Below are positions 1 through 14,900 of a stretch of DNA of 64,000 nucleotides, piece by piece. A program made the position numbers and the translations under genes. The stretch's first letter is position 1. Each line of letters starts with the position of its first letter. The notes beneath the pieces are model-generated. The model was not told the origin of the DNA and ran no database searches. It saw only the letters and a list, made by a program, of their open reading frames with translations. This DNA comes from Camelus dromedarius. Its lineage: Eukaryota. The DNA is taken from positions 7,998,001 to 8,062,000 of the forward strand of contig NC_087469.1 in the NCBI RefSeq assembly GCF_036321535.1. Reading direction: 5' to 3'.

Positions 1-265
1 CATTCTAAAGTTTCTGCAGCAGACACGCAGTACTTTTATACAGGGTGGAAAGAATAAACAAAAGGATACATAAAGATATCCTCCCTGCTACTAGGAATTT
101 TTAACTCTCCTCAGCCCAATCTCTCACCATTTCCCTACAGTTTTTAAACTTCTCCAAAACCCCATTCTCATTTCTAAAGACCACAAATATCTAATAGAGC
201 AACTAAGAAGTCCAAAAGAAAGCACCTAGGGAGTAAGTCCCTCTTACGGGCAATCAAACGCTCAC

Positions 266-2266
266 CTTTAGAATCATGCTGCTTACTTCCAGACTGGGAC
301 CTTGCTTGCTTTTTTCGTGGAGGAGAGAGGTCCGAGTCATAGTCATATTTGCTGTTCTTTGGGAGTGAGGGATGAGAGGGTCCTGGCCCTTTCCAATGTG
401 GAGAAGTTTTGCTAGAGGCTCTTTCTGGGGCTTTGCTGCTTTGGGTTCTGGGCAGTGAAGGAGGAACATTAGAAGCCAAATCAGGGGAATCATGACGGGC
501 CCTCCTGAGCTGTGATGTGTCCACAGAGTCAAGAGTCCTTCTAGGTTGAACTGTGTCAGGGAAGCTGTTACAGGCCCTCTTTGGGGGAGAGCTATCTGAG
601 GAACTATGGTGGGTTCTCCTAGGAGGAGATGGATCTGGTGTGTCATGACGGGCCCTCCTAGGAGATACACCTGAAGAATGACGATGAGGCTTCCTGAGGG
701 GAGAAGGATCCAGTGAATCATGACGGGCCCTCCTCAGGGGAGATGGTTCTGAGTCATGATGGGGCCTCCTGGGGGGAGACAGATCTGGGGAATCATGACG
801 AACCCTTCTAGGAGGAGAAGGAGCTGGGGAGTCGTGACAGACTCTCCTTGGAGGAGATGAATCCGGGGTGTCGTGACGGACCCTCCTTGGAGGAGATGGA
901 TCCGGGGTGTCATGACGGACCTTCCTTGGAGGAGATGGATCCGGGGTGTCATGGCGGACCCTCCTTGGAGGAGACGGATCTGGGCTGTCATGATGGAAAT
1001 GTCTGTATGAAGGTAAATCTTCATTGTGGCCTAAACACAAATAACAAAGAGTCAGATTCCCACAAATGCTCTGTTCACCCCCAGGAATCAAAGTTTCAAA
1101 AGATGTCCCAGCAGCACACATCTCAAAACTACTCAGAAAGCCCAAACGGTCTGTACAACTCTTTTACTTAGGGGTAGTAAGCCAGCACTCAACAATACCT
1201 TAAGAATAATCTCTCCTATTTGCCTAACAAGTCGTAAATCTGCAAAGCATTCTAAATATATTTTCCATATTAAACACACTGTAAGGTAAGCAGGGCATAT
1301 ATCCTTATTTTACAGACATAAAAACAGACACTCTAAGAAGCTGAGTGATACCTTACCTAGGGTCACACCTACTAAGATGAAGCGACAGGCTAGAACCCCA
1401 GTCTTCTAACCCCCAATCCAGTGCTCTTCCCAAAACCTCATTTGTGCAGAGCTCCTCAGCAGAGGTACCTACTGATACTGAGCATAGATAATTCATAGTT
1501 CACACTCACTCTTGTTTCAAAAGGCAAAATGACTGAATCTGTGCCACATCAAAATGAAATACTGTTAACTATTTAATCCATGCCATCGTGCTCCTTATTA
1601 GGGACAGAGAGAGCACGAGAAAGAAAGAAGGGTCAGCATTTACTGATCACCTATTGCATGCCCATGTTGTATATAGATTACCTCATCTAATTCTCACAAG
1701 CAGCCTAGGAGATAAATAGTTATACTCATTTTATAGATGAGAAGTTGATACTCAGAAAGATTAAGTAAATTGCCAAAATCATACTGCTAATAAGTGGCGG
1801 AATGAATATCCAAATCCAGATTTGACTCCAGAGTCCATATGATAATCTTCACAAAGGAAAGAGTTTGAGACTTTCAATGTTCAAAGGCACAGCAGAATGA
1901 AATGTTTATAGCAAATAAGGTCATTTCCAAAACCCAGTCTCTCCTCTCCCTCTAGTTCTTATCACTGAGCTCCAAAAACAAATAAAACACAAATACAAAA
2001 AAAAGCTGAGCAGGCCCCAATGAACACCTGTTAAACGGATGAATTAAACCAAGTGAACTCTTTTACTTTGGGGAACAGGCCTATCTGATTGGAATCCATC
2101 CAGAGAGAAATGCTGACATCTGTGGAATACCTGATGATTAATCTATAAGGTTGATAAATTCCATGATATTTATAAAAAGGAAATAAGGGTCAGAGATCAG
2201 TGAGGATATTTCCAGTAACAAATGGGGATGGGCCAGTAACAGTGAAGCAAATGGAAAAAGAACTAT

Positions 2267-2315
<49 letters not shown>

Positions 2316-5300
2316 TCTGTACCACTTCATAGGCCTACAGATAAGAAGTTCAGAAGATCCTCTCTGAAAAAAGGATTATGAAAAACACTGGAAACACAAC
2401 TACAGGATACGCCTAAAAGTAACAGATTAAGAGTGAACAGGATTCTGATAAAAGAATAGTGATAAAGTTTTCATTCATAAAACATAATAATAATGTACTA
2501 AAAATTAACTGAGGCCATAGTGATTATTAACCTATAGCCAACTGTCACTTTTGTTATGCATTTTTCTCTAAACAGAATTGTAGGATAATTAAACTAAAGG
2601 CACAAAATATAACACAGAGAGAACAAATCCTGTTTAGAAGTAAAGTCTTATACCCTCCATGTATGAAAAACAAACATGTATCAAGGGTAAATTGGAGTTA
2701 AACAACTATCAAGAAACAAGATCTGTGTTTATGGAGGAATGAACAGAGCAAGTGAAAACCAGCTCCCTTCCACTGGCCACACAGAGCCCAAATGACTGCT
2801 GGGACCAGGGCTGTGACTCAGTGGGACTAAGTCTGTGTCTTAGTAAGCAGACCTACCCACTAAGTTTTTGGAAAAGGGGAAATGACTGCTAAGTCCCCAG
2901 TGATGATTTAGCAAAGAGCAGTAGGCTACAAGAATCAAACATCTATTCGCAATTCAAGAAATATTTATTAACAGCCTCTCCTGGTACTGGGCAGTGGGAA
3001 TACTAAGGTAAATAAGACCAGGCCTCATTTCTGCCCAGACATAACAAATGCCTTCTGTCTAATTTTCAAGAATTCAAAAAATGTTCTAAATAGGGAGTTA
3101 AATTATTGGCCTAGGGAGAGGATGTAGAGTGGGCAAGTGGAGGATAATGCACTGTAAAATACCAAAATTCAAGGGAAGAGCAATGAAAGACTTACCAATA
3201 TAAAGAAAAAGGACAGAAAACATTGGTCCTTAGCACATACATGAACTACTTCATGCTGGGAGAGGAGAGAGCTTGCTGAAGTCTCCAAACTCTGTTCCTC
3301 AGATTCTTGAAAATACCTGCAAACTCCTGCCTGTATACTAAGTGCACTCCTATTCTGGCCAGAGAGGAGCGGGTGCTCAAAGTCCCCCAAAGGAGTCACT
3401 TCCTAACCTCAGAAACCCTAATACCAATACATAAGTGAAAGAGGAATACTTGGTTTCTCAGTTTCCAAGTCTTACTACCTTGCAAGAAGTTCTGAATTCT
3501 TTTTCACTTATATTCTTCAGGATCAATGACATAAGAAAACAAACTATGTATTCCTTTAAGAAGAAAAGTGTAGAACAGAGAAAAAGGCTTCCTCTATAAA
3601 TGGGAAAATCAGATTTATCTATTGTTGGAACTCACCTCCCAGAAGCTTCCATTTGGCACTTGAACGAAAGACTTCCATCTGCTTTACCTCTTCTGGCCTC
3701 TCATCCACAAACTCAGCCACCTGTGGAGGGAGAGCAGTATGTTGAGGAAACCCACAGGATCCAGCCAAGGGGCACTGATGTCTCAGGGACCTGAAGCTAT
3801 GACCATTCCCATTCCTAAAAATACATGACACACACAGACCCAAAATGACCATGAAGAAACACATAGTGGTCCTCAGTTACGTTTGCTCCATGAACATATG
3901 ACTGTCACTGGATGGTTTAATTATAGATCTTTCTCTGACTAATCAATTTCCCTCCAAGGTTAATTACTTTCATTACAAACCTTTTTTATTAACCTACTAG
4001 GTATACAACTGCCACTTGTAAGTTAAAAACTAAATTCTTTTCCCTTTCTTAGTTTACATTCAGAGTGAAAACACAGGCAGGCTCTGTGTCATACCTTCAT
4101 TCATCAAGGCTTCGGGCTCTTTGTGAAAGCTTTCTTATTGTAAGCAGTCATAATGATAGGTTCTCTTGAATCCAATCAAAAGAATTCGTTAAGATGTACA
4201 CAGAATCAGAGATGCTTTAAGGGATAAAACTATACTTTGTATCATCCAAATTCCCGAACAAATCTGGAATGTTCTCTATAGAATCCTTGATAAATGATCA
4301 TTCACCGAGTCCCTCCCTGACAGGGAAACATTTCACTGGCAGGGAACTAGTTATATTACAAGGCAGACCACTAAATTTTGGGGCTAGAAAGTTCTTCGTT
4401 TTTTGGACTCGTATCTACTTTCATGTAACTTCGTCCCATCAACCCTAGTTTCTGACCTCTGAAGCAACAGATCCCCTTTCCACATGACAGCCCTTCAAAG
4501 ATAGCTGGCTTAATAAATTCTAGATATAGAGGAGCAACTATGTGCAAGGCACCGTGTTTTGTGCTTCTCTTATTCAATCGACACAAAAACCCCACAAAGA
4601 AAGGCTCCACATTACTAAAGAGCTCAGAGAAGTGAAGTAACTTTTTCTCAGTGTTAAAAGATAGCAAGTGGCAGAACTGTATTTCTAACCCAGGTCATAA
4701 TTCCCCTCTACTTCTTCTCTTCCCCCAAGATCCTATCATCATTCTTCACATAATCTAGTTTTGAGGTCTCTCACTGGGCATTAAAAACACAAGCTTAAAG
4801 CAAGATGAATAGAGATCTAAATCCCAGCTTTGTTACTTAATATTTTGTATTTGTAATATACTTTGTGTAACCTTTGGCAAAATATTCTAAGCCTCAATTT
4901 CCTCATTTGCAAAAGTACGATCAAAGGATTGCTATGAGGATTCAATGAGATAATTCATGTAAGCTCAGCAGAGCTCAGTACATGGTAAATTATACCTATT
5001 ACTCTTGCGCTCCCACTGCTACTGTGGTTGTCCTAATTATTTTACCATTACTAATGGTGGTGCTGATCTTGCAGTAACAAAAGTGAATTTAATAATCAAG
5101 ATCTGTTTTAACCAGCATAGAGACCAGTGAGGCTAAAGCTTCCCTTGTTTCCGTTCTAGGACAATGATAAGAGCAAAAGGCAACACTATAAAGGAGAATT
5201 AATAGAGTTGACTATATAAAAATTAAGACACTAAAATATCAAAAACTATTATAAATGAAAAAGCAAATGATAAAATATACTTACGACATGTAAAAGAGAT

Positions 5301-8300
5301 ATTATTGTTACACAAATAGCAAATAAATCAAGGGAAAAAATTAAAATTCCAATTTTCTAAAAAATGGACAAATACAAGAAATTCATAAAACACAAATGTC
5401 CAATGAACAAATAAAAAATTATTCATTTCACTATTTTTCAAAGACACAGGATACCACTGGTTCACCTGCCAAATTGGCATAAGTTTGCTGTTGTTTTTAT
5501 TAATGCTAATAATGCTCCAGTATTGATGAAGAAATGGGGAAACTGGCGTTCGCATATACCTCTAGTGGGAGTGTAAACTAGTACCGCCTTTTGGAAAGCA
5601 ATGTGGGAAAGAGCTCAAAAGGGATCATTCTCTCCAACCTACTAATTTCACTTCATGAGAATAAAGAAATAAACAGACTCCTACAACGATTTAGGTCTAA
5701 GATGCTAATTAGAGCCGGAAACAACTCGTATGTCTAATAACAGGACAGGTTAAATTAATATGTACATTGAACTACTATGCAACCATTAAAAGTCACATTC
5801 TCAAAGAATATTTTAAAGTCTTATTGAAGTATTGCTAACATATTATTAAATGAAAAAGCAGGCTCCATAATCATATGTACAGTATGATCTGAATTATATT
5901 TTAAAAAGTAAATAAAATATAATGAGTTAATAAATAAAATCTATGAGTTAAAGACGGATGCATCCAAATGCTAGCAGTTGTTATCTCTGGATGGTCACAT
6001 TATAAGTAAGTGATCATTATATTCTTTTTAAAACTTTCAACTTTCTTATAATTCCAAAACATTCTATAATAAATATGAATTGCTTTTATAAAAATAAAAT
6101 ATAACAACAAATATTGTAAATATTAATCAGGCTTCAGTAATTCATTCTGACTGAAATTATACTGGTTCCTTATGATCACTATTTCCCATCTAATTACTAA
6201 CAAATCTTCTTTTAAGTGACCTATTATAGAAATGCTGGGGATTAACATTAAATATACTTATCTGGAACTCATCTTTACAACCTTTTAGTATAATACACCC
6301 TAACAACAGCTCTCTTTTTCATCACCTTGTTTCTCAGCAATTCTGAGCAAAGGTCCCATGACGATACCAACACTAACTCATTTGCTTATGCTGTTAACCC
6401 CCTGGCTCTTACTCATCCTTTGAAATTCAGTTCAGATATTTACATCCTTTGTGGAATTTCCCAATGGAATAAAAAGTGTGCTACCTTCCCTGTGCTCTAA
6501 TAGCACTTGATGCATATGTAAACAACATCTCCTACATTTATCATATGGCTCAAATTATTTGAAACTCGGTCTTTCATTCTAGGGTATGACCTCTAAAGTA
6601 TAGACACTGTGTTCTGTTAATTTACATATCTCCAGTACTCAGGGTATACAATTTTAAAGCTTAGCTGAATCAATGAACAAAGAGAGTGAATAAAAAGTTT
6701 CCTATAATTGAAATTGTGCATTGTTTCTGAAGTAGATTCCAACAAATTGAACCATGGCTAACTCTAATCATGGCTCTATCACTGACACTGAGGAGTCCTG
6801 CCTCTCTCTGTGATTAGTTCCCATATCTAAGCTGATGGATCCTCTAAAACAAAGACTGTACAGGCATCATCAAAGAAGATTATTTTAAAATAGTTCTTAG
6901 AAAATGTCACCTCTTCTCTGCCCTCAACTTTCCCCTTCATAAATCTACCCTGCATTGGGAGTCAAGATTGAGAAGCTTGGATTTCAAAGTCCTCACAGCC
7001 TCAAAAGATACATACCACAGGCAAATCCCCATCATCTTCCTCTTCCTCCTTTTCCAGTTTAGTGGTGGAGATAGAAGTCCAGCTCACATCATCATCCACA
7101 ATCCGCATTCTAAATGTGAAAAGATAAAAGATCAAAAGAGAAGAATCACTCTTGGATAACAGCCTACAAACACTTAACCTATTGGTTTTAGGATAAAGCT
7201 CAAAATCCTACAAGATCCTGCATGGTCTAGTCTTTGCCCATGTGGCCAACTTCTCTGGTACCACTGCCTCCTCAGTTCACTACTCGCTGGTCATCTTTTG
7301 GTGCCTAGAATGAGCCAAATTTCTTTCAGATCAGTTTCACATACCCAGTTCCTTCCCTCTGCCTGACCTACCTTTCTCATTCTTTACTGGGAAACTCTTA
7401 CTCATTCTTAAAAACCTAGCACATATATAACCTCCTTGAGCATGCATACCTAACTTGACTATTTGACCATTCCCCCTTATCCCTTCCAGCTAGGAACCCG
7501 TTACACATTCTTGGAATACTTTCATTTCATTTATTACAAAAGAAATAAATCAACAGGTTGTTAGTTTGTTTAAAGGCTGTAGTCCCATTAAACTATAAGC
7601 TCCATCGGAAGAGGGACGCCTCTCTCATTCACAGTGATATCCTCAACACCCTGCAGTAATTGGCATAGAAAAGTATTCAATATGTGTTTGTTACATGGTT
7701 TAACAATGGATGAGTCCAAATGATAACAATGACCACCGTGATGTAATTAGTTATTATTTGAAAAGCCAAAATCACTAATCACAAAAACCATTTAATATAA
7801 GTGATATCATTCAGTATTACTTTCACTTTAAAGATACAGAAACTGAGGCTTAAAGAGATGAAACATTTTGCGCAAAGCCACACAGCCCAAAAAATGGCAC
7901 AGCTAGGATGCAAACTCTGATCAGTGTTGCTTCAAAACTCAAGCTAATTTCATTACATGGCACTGCCTCCAAAGGATCCACACAAGTCAGAGGGGCAGGA
8001 AGACAAAAGGCATGAATAACACAACCAAACCAGGAAAGGAACTGGATTAGTTCTTTGGAACTATTTGACTTTACTGGGTATATTAGTTTCCTAGGGCTGC
8101 CTAACAAAGCATCAAGAATCGGGTGGCTTAAAACAGCAGAGACGTATTCTCTCACAGCTCTGGAGGCTTCAAGTCTGAAATCAAGGTGTCCGCAAGGGAA
8201 TGCTCACCAGAAAGGCTCTAGGGAAAGAGCTTTCCTTGACTCTTCCAACTTCTGGTAGCCCTGGCCATACCTTGGCTAGTGGTGGCATACATTCACTAGC

Positions 8301-9235
8301 GTTTCAGCCTACATCTTCACATGGTCGTTTTTCCTCTATACCTGTTTCCGTGTCCAAATTTCCCTCATCTTAAAAGGACACCAGTCATACTGGATTTAGC
8401 ACCCATCCAAACCCACTATGACTTTACCTTAATTACATCTGCAAAGACCCTATTTCCAAATGAGGTCACTTTCTGACGTTCTGAGGTCAACTGGAGAGGA
8501 AAGGGCACTATTCAACGCAGCACACTGGGCCACATAAGTTTTCTCGTTTGAAAAATGGGGAAAACAACAATATGTACTTCATGGTCGTGTTATGAAGCTT
8601 AAGTAAATTCACTTAAGTCTAAAGTACCTAGAACGGTGCCTGGTGCACGACAAGAACTGTGTAAATCTTATTGTTAGGAGGACAAGTAAGAGTAACAGGA
8701 AGTAAGCACAGGTCTCTGACTCAGGTCCAGAATCTTTGGGATTAGAGAACCCCACAGACAGGTTCTGGGCCCTAAATATCCAAGCCCAGAGCCTCTGAAT
8801 TCGCTCCACCATTATTCTCAGAGCACAATATTCATTCTCTACGCCTTTGACGAAATGCTACAAAGGCGGGAAAAGAGTAGTGAAAGTTACCGCCTGGCCT
8901 GAACACATCGAAGATCCTGCCCAGGAGCGCGAGGAGCGGCCTGAGCGGGCTCCGGGCTCAGACAGTGTCTGGCGAGCAGTCAGAAGAGCGGGGCCGCGGG
9001 CGAGGAGCCCAGAAAGAGCCGGGCCGAGGGCGGAGCTGGGAAAGTGAGGGGCGACGAACCGCGCGGACCCCGCGCCACCGGGGCCAACTCACCCCTTGCC
9101 GCCGGACCCGCCAGGCTTCGGCCGCTTTTTGCGACGCTTGCGGCCGGACTCAGGGGCCCCGTCGACGCCGGCATCTGCCCCGGACAAGTAACGCTTCAGA
9201 TACTCGGCCTTGGAGAGCAGCGGAGCTGCCGCCAT
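266..9235 (-). CDS. BUD13: BUD13 homolog (RES complex splicing factor), exons 1-4; 3' part lies beyond the left window edge
   Basis: Exon CDS 9093-9235 (MAAAPLLSKAEYLKRYLSG...), 7016-7109 (MRIVDDDVSW...), 3636-3720 (VAEFVDERPEEVKQ...), 266-1030 (RHDxPDPSPPR repeats). All junctions are GT-AG and phases are consistent (143+94+85+765). Confidence 0.97.
560..1000 (-). repeat. Coding 39-bp (13-aa) tandem repeat HD[TS]PDPSPPRR[VA]R in BUD13 exon 4
   Basis: Repeated ccggggtgtc(a/g)tgacggaccctccttggaggagatggat units; about 11 units at protein level. Confidence 0.9.
2269..2310. repeat. (GT)21 microsatellite, BUD13 intron 3
   Basis: Direct reading. Confidence 0.95.
8075..8524. mobile_element. ERVL-MaLR solo LTR (MLT1-like)
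   Basis: Recognised motifs tattagtttcctagggctgcc...ctcacagctctggaggc...ggacaccagtcatactggatt...ccctatttccaaatgaggtcac; subfamily not determined. Confidence 0.75.
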
Positions 9236-9500
9236 GGCAGCGGCGCGGGCGGGGAGACGGTTCGGCGCTGGGGACAAACTTCTTGAACGCGAAACAGACG
9301 GCGGCGACTCGGGGGGGCGGGGCCATGACCGGAAGTGGCTGTGTTTGGAACCGCCCAGGCTGACAGGTGAGAGCGTTTGCAGAAACACGCCTGCTTCCCG
9401 GGCCCAGTCTACATCCCTTAGATCGCACAACTGCGCTTCTTCTTTGTCCGTCCCTCTGCTCATTCAACAGACCACACAGCAAGCGCTGTTGTAGCCCCGA
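8930..9500 (-). promoter_or_regulatory. BUD13 CpG-island promoter with ETS/GABP motif CCGGAAGT (about 9330-9337)
   Basis: High CpG and GC content around exon 1; motif read directly. Confidence 0.75.
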
Positions 9501-11981
9501 GGCTACAACCACGAGCCCAAAAGACCTCTGCCCCCAGCAGCTTCAGAAGCACCATAGGCTAGTAGATAAGAACACGAACTCTGGAGTTGCAGTGTATCTA
9601 AGTTTGAGTTCTGGTTCCGTAACATTGTAGCTGTACTACCTTGGGCAAGTTATTTACAAAATGGGATAATAATGACACCTAACTCAATGGTTCCAAGGAC
9701 TGAGGTAATATTACTGTGTAAAGTGATTAGAACAGCACCTGGCACACAGTATGTCAGTTATTTTTATTAGTATGTTTAGGTGGAGAGGAATCTGCTTCAA
9801 TAGGCTTTCAAGGACCATTCAAGAGAGAAGTCAGTAATGCCAAACCCAATATAATTGCCATTAAAAATATGGAGGTTTCTTATCGTGGAAAAGAATCCGA
9901 AAGTGTTTTTTTCTTTGCAAAAACCCTCAGCTCACCCAAGGGCCACAAAAAATGGGTGTGTGTCTGTATGTAGCTGAATCATTTTCCTGTGCACCTGAAA
10001 CACAACTCTGCAAATTAACTATACTTCAATTTTTCAAAATCTTTAATTGAAGTAGTCAGTTACAATGTGTCAATTTCTGGTGTGCAGCACAATGTCCCAG
10101 TCATGCATATACATACATATATTCATTTTCATATTCTAAAAAAAAAATTAACATGGACGTTTCTAACCTATCTCCCCCACATTTTATATTATTGGTTTGG
10201 CCCTAGCTATCTCTTGTGTAGAATTTTCCAATGAAAAGGACCTGGACCTATTTTTGGCATAGCAAAAGAGAGAAACTATAGATTGAATTCTAATACTCAA
10301 GTCTGGGAGAAAAGTCTTTTCTTCTTGTGGACATTAAGAGCTTTACTTGAATTATCTCATTTAACCGTCACAATTCTCAGATGGTTTTATTATCCTTACT
10401 TTACAGATGAGAAAATTGAAGCTTGGAAAGGTTAAGTTGCTCAACTTCACAGCCACAACATATGACCCTTGGGAGCAGAGGCTAGCAAACTGGAGTACAA
10501 GAGGTAATCCAAATTTCTTGGGAAAAAAAAAAATTGATTGTATATTTTGTCTCACCATTTATGTTAAATTTTTGTTGCTATTTATATATAGTCAAGAAGA
10601 CATTTTTATACTTCATAAACAAATACACATATCTTGGGATACATGCTCAGAAAATACTTATTTAATAACAAAACAGGTTTGGAGATCACTTCCCTGAAGC
10701 ACGCATTTTTAACCACTGGGCTATACTGAATGGTCACAGCACAGGCCTAGGAAGAAAAGCAGGTCAGGTCTCTGAGGACTAGTGAGAAGAGGCATTGAAC
10801 TTCACTAGCTGGAGGGCCCCATGGGTCCCCCATCCACAACCCTGTCTTGGTTTCTAGTCCACTTCAATGCATCTCAAACTGAACTCCACAGCCCTGCCTC
10901 CACCCTGGTGTCAGCAGGTGTTTGGGAAGTCTCACATTTCTGTTCCAGTGAACAGTACCAGTATAGTCCTCTCAACCCATCACCTCCTGCCCATTTCTGT
11001 CTTCAGTTCCACCTCTACCTGTTCTACTCAGTATCCAACCCAACCTTACCCTGACAAGACCCAAGCTCAGGTCTTAACCCTGTCTACCTCACAAGGAAGT
11101 TAAGCAGGATCAAATGATTCACGACCAGTGGCACAGTCTAAGTTTTGCCCCTTCTTGGCAGTTCCATCTAATAAAAGCAAATGCCCCCATCTTCCCTGGC
11201 ACTACCCAGACTCCTTCCCTGCTGAACATTCCTCCGTAACATGGTGATTAATCTGACACTGTTTTACTTGTGGGTTTATTGTCAACCTCCCACCCACTCT
11301 GCTTGCCAATTTCCCCCACTACACTTGAAACCGCATGAAAGCAGAGCTTTATTTTGTTCAGTTCTATGATGTGCCTGGCACAGAGTGAGCACATAAGCAT
11401 CTATTAAAGGAATGAATGAAATGCCAGCTCACTCTGGAGAAAATTTTCTTCAGGAGGTTGTACTCTACCAGCAGACCAAACAAGGACAGAATGAATTCAG
11501 AGGCCAGTGCTGTTTGAAAGCCACCATTTTAATGAGAATTTCTTCACCTGAGCTAGACTCCTTCCCCTCAGAAGACTCTCTCCTGTTGAAAGCCAGTGTT
11601 TATATACCCAAACCAACTCCCAAATTTCATTTGTAGCTGTCTTCTACCTTCTCAACTTCAGAGTGCCAACCCTAGGTGAGAAAGTGTTGTGTGGAGGGAG
11701 GGTAAAGACTTAATCAGAAAAAAAGTGTCAATGACATGCCTGATGGCTCATTTCCAGGTTTCTTTCAGGCCAACTCAAAACCTCCAACCCAAGATCAAGT
11801 AACCCAAGAGGCTTGCACTTCCATCACAAGCTGTTCAGAAAGTGTGCCCAGATCTCCGACTCAGACCAGGTGTCCTCCCTACACAGGCAAGGCCTGGTGA
11901 AAGGGACACTCCAGCCTTTTCCACTGCAGTAATAACCCTGTGGTTGAGCAGCACTGGGGGCTGGCCGGGAACCGCCCACTG

Positions 11982-14900
11982 CTACCGTGGAGAAGCCAGG
12001 CCTGTCTCATAGCCTTCCGTCTTCATGTCGTTCAGCCCGAGCTCCTCGTTTTGGTCAAATGTGCGCTTGTAATGCTCCACCTTCATCTCAGGATCGTCCT
12101 CAGGTGCGTACACATTCTGCAAGGCCAGACTGTCAGTGCCTGTGCCATCCTGAGATCCTCTCTCCCCCGGCAGCTTCCAATTCCCACTTCCCCAAAAACT
12201 TCATGAGTTTTTTATTTCTAAGGGCTTCCAATACCTCATGGCTAGGCTCAACTCACGGGCAGCAACAGAGCCCACATGGGCTCAGAGTAGGACTGTCCAG
12301 TCCCAGGCGGAATGAGGGAACAGTTTGCCTAAAAAACTTCCTATCTAAAGAGAGCAGCATAGTCTAAATTGTGGAGAGACCTTAGAACAGTTGTGCCTGG
12401 CCCATAATAACTGCTCAATAAATGTTGAAGTTACTATCAATCACCAGAATATCTCACTAGTCACAGCTTATAGCCTTTCAGTTTCCCTATCTTGGCCTCT
12501 GGAAAAGGCACCATTCCTCCTTGCTCCACAATCAGATTTGCAAGATGAAAACTCCATTGCTGGGTTCAGAGCTGGGGACACCGGCTAGACTAGAGGAAGA
12601 AGGAACCTGGGGGTCTCCTTTTTCCCCTCTTGACATATAATCACAGTCCATCCCACCTTCCCGCTTCCTCGCTTATGTTCCGATTTCTGCTAAGAGGTTC
12701 CCTGACAAAAAATAGTTCATTCAGAATTAAGTCTCTCTGTTTCTGGAAAAATGATACATATTTTAGGAATGTCAGAAAGTATCTCTCTATGAAATACCAG
12801 GGAAGGTCTACTGTACCTGCAAGTAGCTGTTTCCTGCTGGATCATCCATAACAAAGTGGGCCTTCATGTCACCGTCCAGGATCTGAGGGAGAGAGGGCAC
12901 AGCACGAGCACGTAAATCTCACAGGCTCCTGGCAGGAAGGGACCATGTCTGCCAGACAAGAACCAACCCAGTGTACACTGCAGAATCCCCCAGAAGTTCT
13001 AAGAACTTGTGAAATGAGGTACGTCTAGAAATGGAGTGAGAGGTTCTAAAATAAGGACTGTCTGAAAGCTACCTGAGAAGCACTCCGGCATCCCTAATCT
13101 CTCTCCCACGCCAAAAAAACCAACAACCGCCCTTCCCCAATCCCAACAGGAGACTGATGACTCTGTGGAGAAGTAACCACAGCATGCCATGGACTGGGGG
13201 ACACTGACCCAGTTGAGGGCAGAGGGGAAAAAAATCAAGAACAGGAGACTGACTGTACCCTTAATGGAAACAGACATACCCACACTGCAGCCCTCTTCCC
13301 ATGCTGGGCTCTCAGAACATTGCCAGCCAAGCCCGCACTCTCAGGCCAGGAAATGGAACACCCAGTGATGGGAATCTGAGCAGCCCAAGAGGACACACCT
13401 AACCACTCTGGTATTAGTTACCTCAGTGACGTGGCTAAGCTAAATCCCCCTCCAATGAGTCCAATGTCAACAAGACTCAGCCCAATCAGGTGTTTTAGTC
13501 ATTTACTTTTAAAAGACAATCAATGATTACCAGACATCTGAACAAAGCCTCTAACACTGAACGACAGATATCAAAAAAAAAAAAAACTTAAGATGAAATG
13601 GAAACTATGCAAGGAAAATAAAATGTCAAAAATAAAAAACCCAACATTAAAATATTCTCAAGAATAAAAACTCTACATCCTTTAAACAAAAGGATGCTAT
13701 TTAAAAAAAAAAAAAAAAAGGACAGGAAGTATTGAAAGACCAAAAAAGGTCTTGGAAAATAAAAATATGTCAGTGGAAATGAAAAACTCAATTGAAAGTT
13801 CGGAAAATTAATCTCCAAGAGTAGAGCAAATACAAAGAAACTGAAAACAGGACAGAAAAATAAGTAAATTACAAAAGACCAGACAACTCTACCCAACAAC
13901 CAAAACAGGGGTTTCAGAAAGAGAGAAGAGAGGGAGAGCAATAAAATCATTTTTAAGAGCTCCCTAGAACTGAGCCATATTCCAGATTCAAAGGACCCCT
14001 CAAGTGCTTAGCACGATGGTTGAAAGTTGACCCACACCAAAGCACATCCTGAAATTTCACATCACAGGGGACAAAAAGGCATCAAAAGACTAGGTCACAA
14101 ACAAAAGATCAGGAATCAGAATGCCTTCAAACTTCTTAATAGCCAAACTCGAAACTGGGAGACATTAGTGGGAGACTGAAAGACTTCAGGAATTCTGATA
14201 AAAACTCATTTCTATGCTAGAATTCTATTCCCAGCCATTAGTCAATCAAGTATGAGACTGAAATAATTTTCAGACATGTAAAGTCCCAGAAATCTTACTT
14301 CCCACGCACTTTCTCAAGAAGGTACTGGTGAAGATGCTCCAACAAAATAAAGGAGGAAAAAACCAAGAAAGGAAACAGCATGGGACAGCGAAACTAGGAG
14401 AATCCCCAGCATTCTGGTTAGATGTTAAAACGTGGCAGGAAAGGGTATGCAGCCTGTTGCTCCCTGGAGCCCCAGACCACAAGCACAGACCAGGTGGTCT
14501 GAGTCCTCTCACCTGGTCCAACTTCTGACTAAACTCCTGCAGTTTCTCCGTCTGGCCAGGATTGGAACTGTCACCCAGTGTGAAAGGGTTCTTGGTCACC
14601 TGCAATAAATGACATCCAAACTGCTAGAATGCTGGCTCTTTGCTTGTTACGCTTAACCATAAAGCTGGCGGGAGGGGCCCAGCAGGGAAGCTTGGTCTCC
14701 ATGCAGGCCACACCACCTTTCCAACCTGGACAGCCACTCCTAAGACTGTGTGGCTGTATCTGCCAAAATGGCAACATGAAACAAAACTATAGCAACATTC
14801 TTAAATAGGAACTATGGTCCTCATTTGAAGAAATGCAAGGTAAAGTACAACTTACAAAGACAAAATGCCTGGCAACTGAGAATCAATTAAGTGAAATGAT

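Noticed and set aside
770-1000. Regular 39-bp repeats resembling a CRISPR array
   Set aside because: Coding tandem repeat without unique spacers, in a mammalian exon.
174-1145. 323-aa ORF as a stand-alone gene
   Set aside because: It is BUD13 exon 4 (266-1030) plus intronic run-on at both ends.
10022-10054. 10-bp inverted repeat tacttcaatt / aattgaagta upstream of BUD13
   Set aside because: Produced by two L1 3'-end remnants lying tail to tail; no sign of function.
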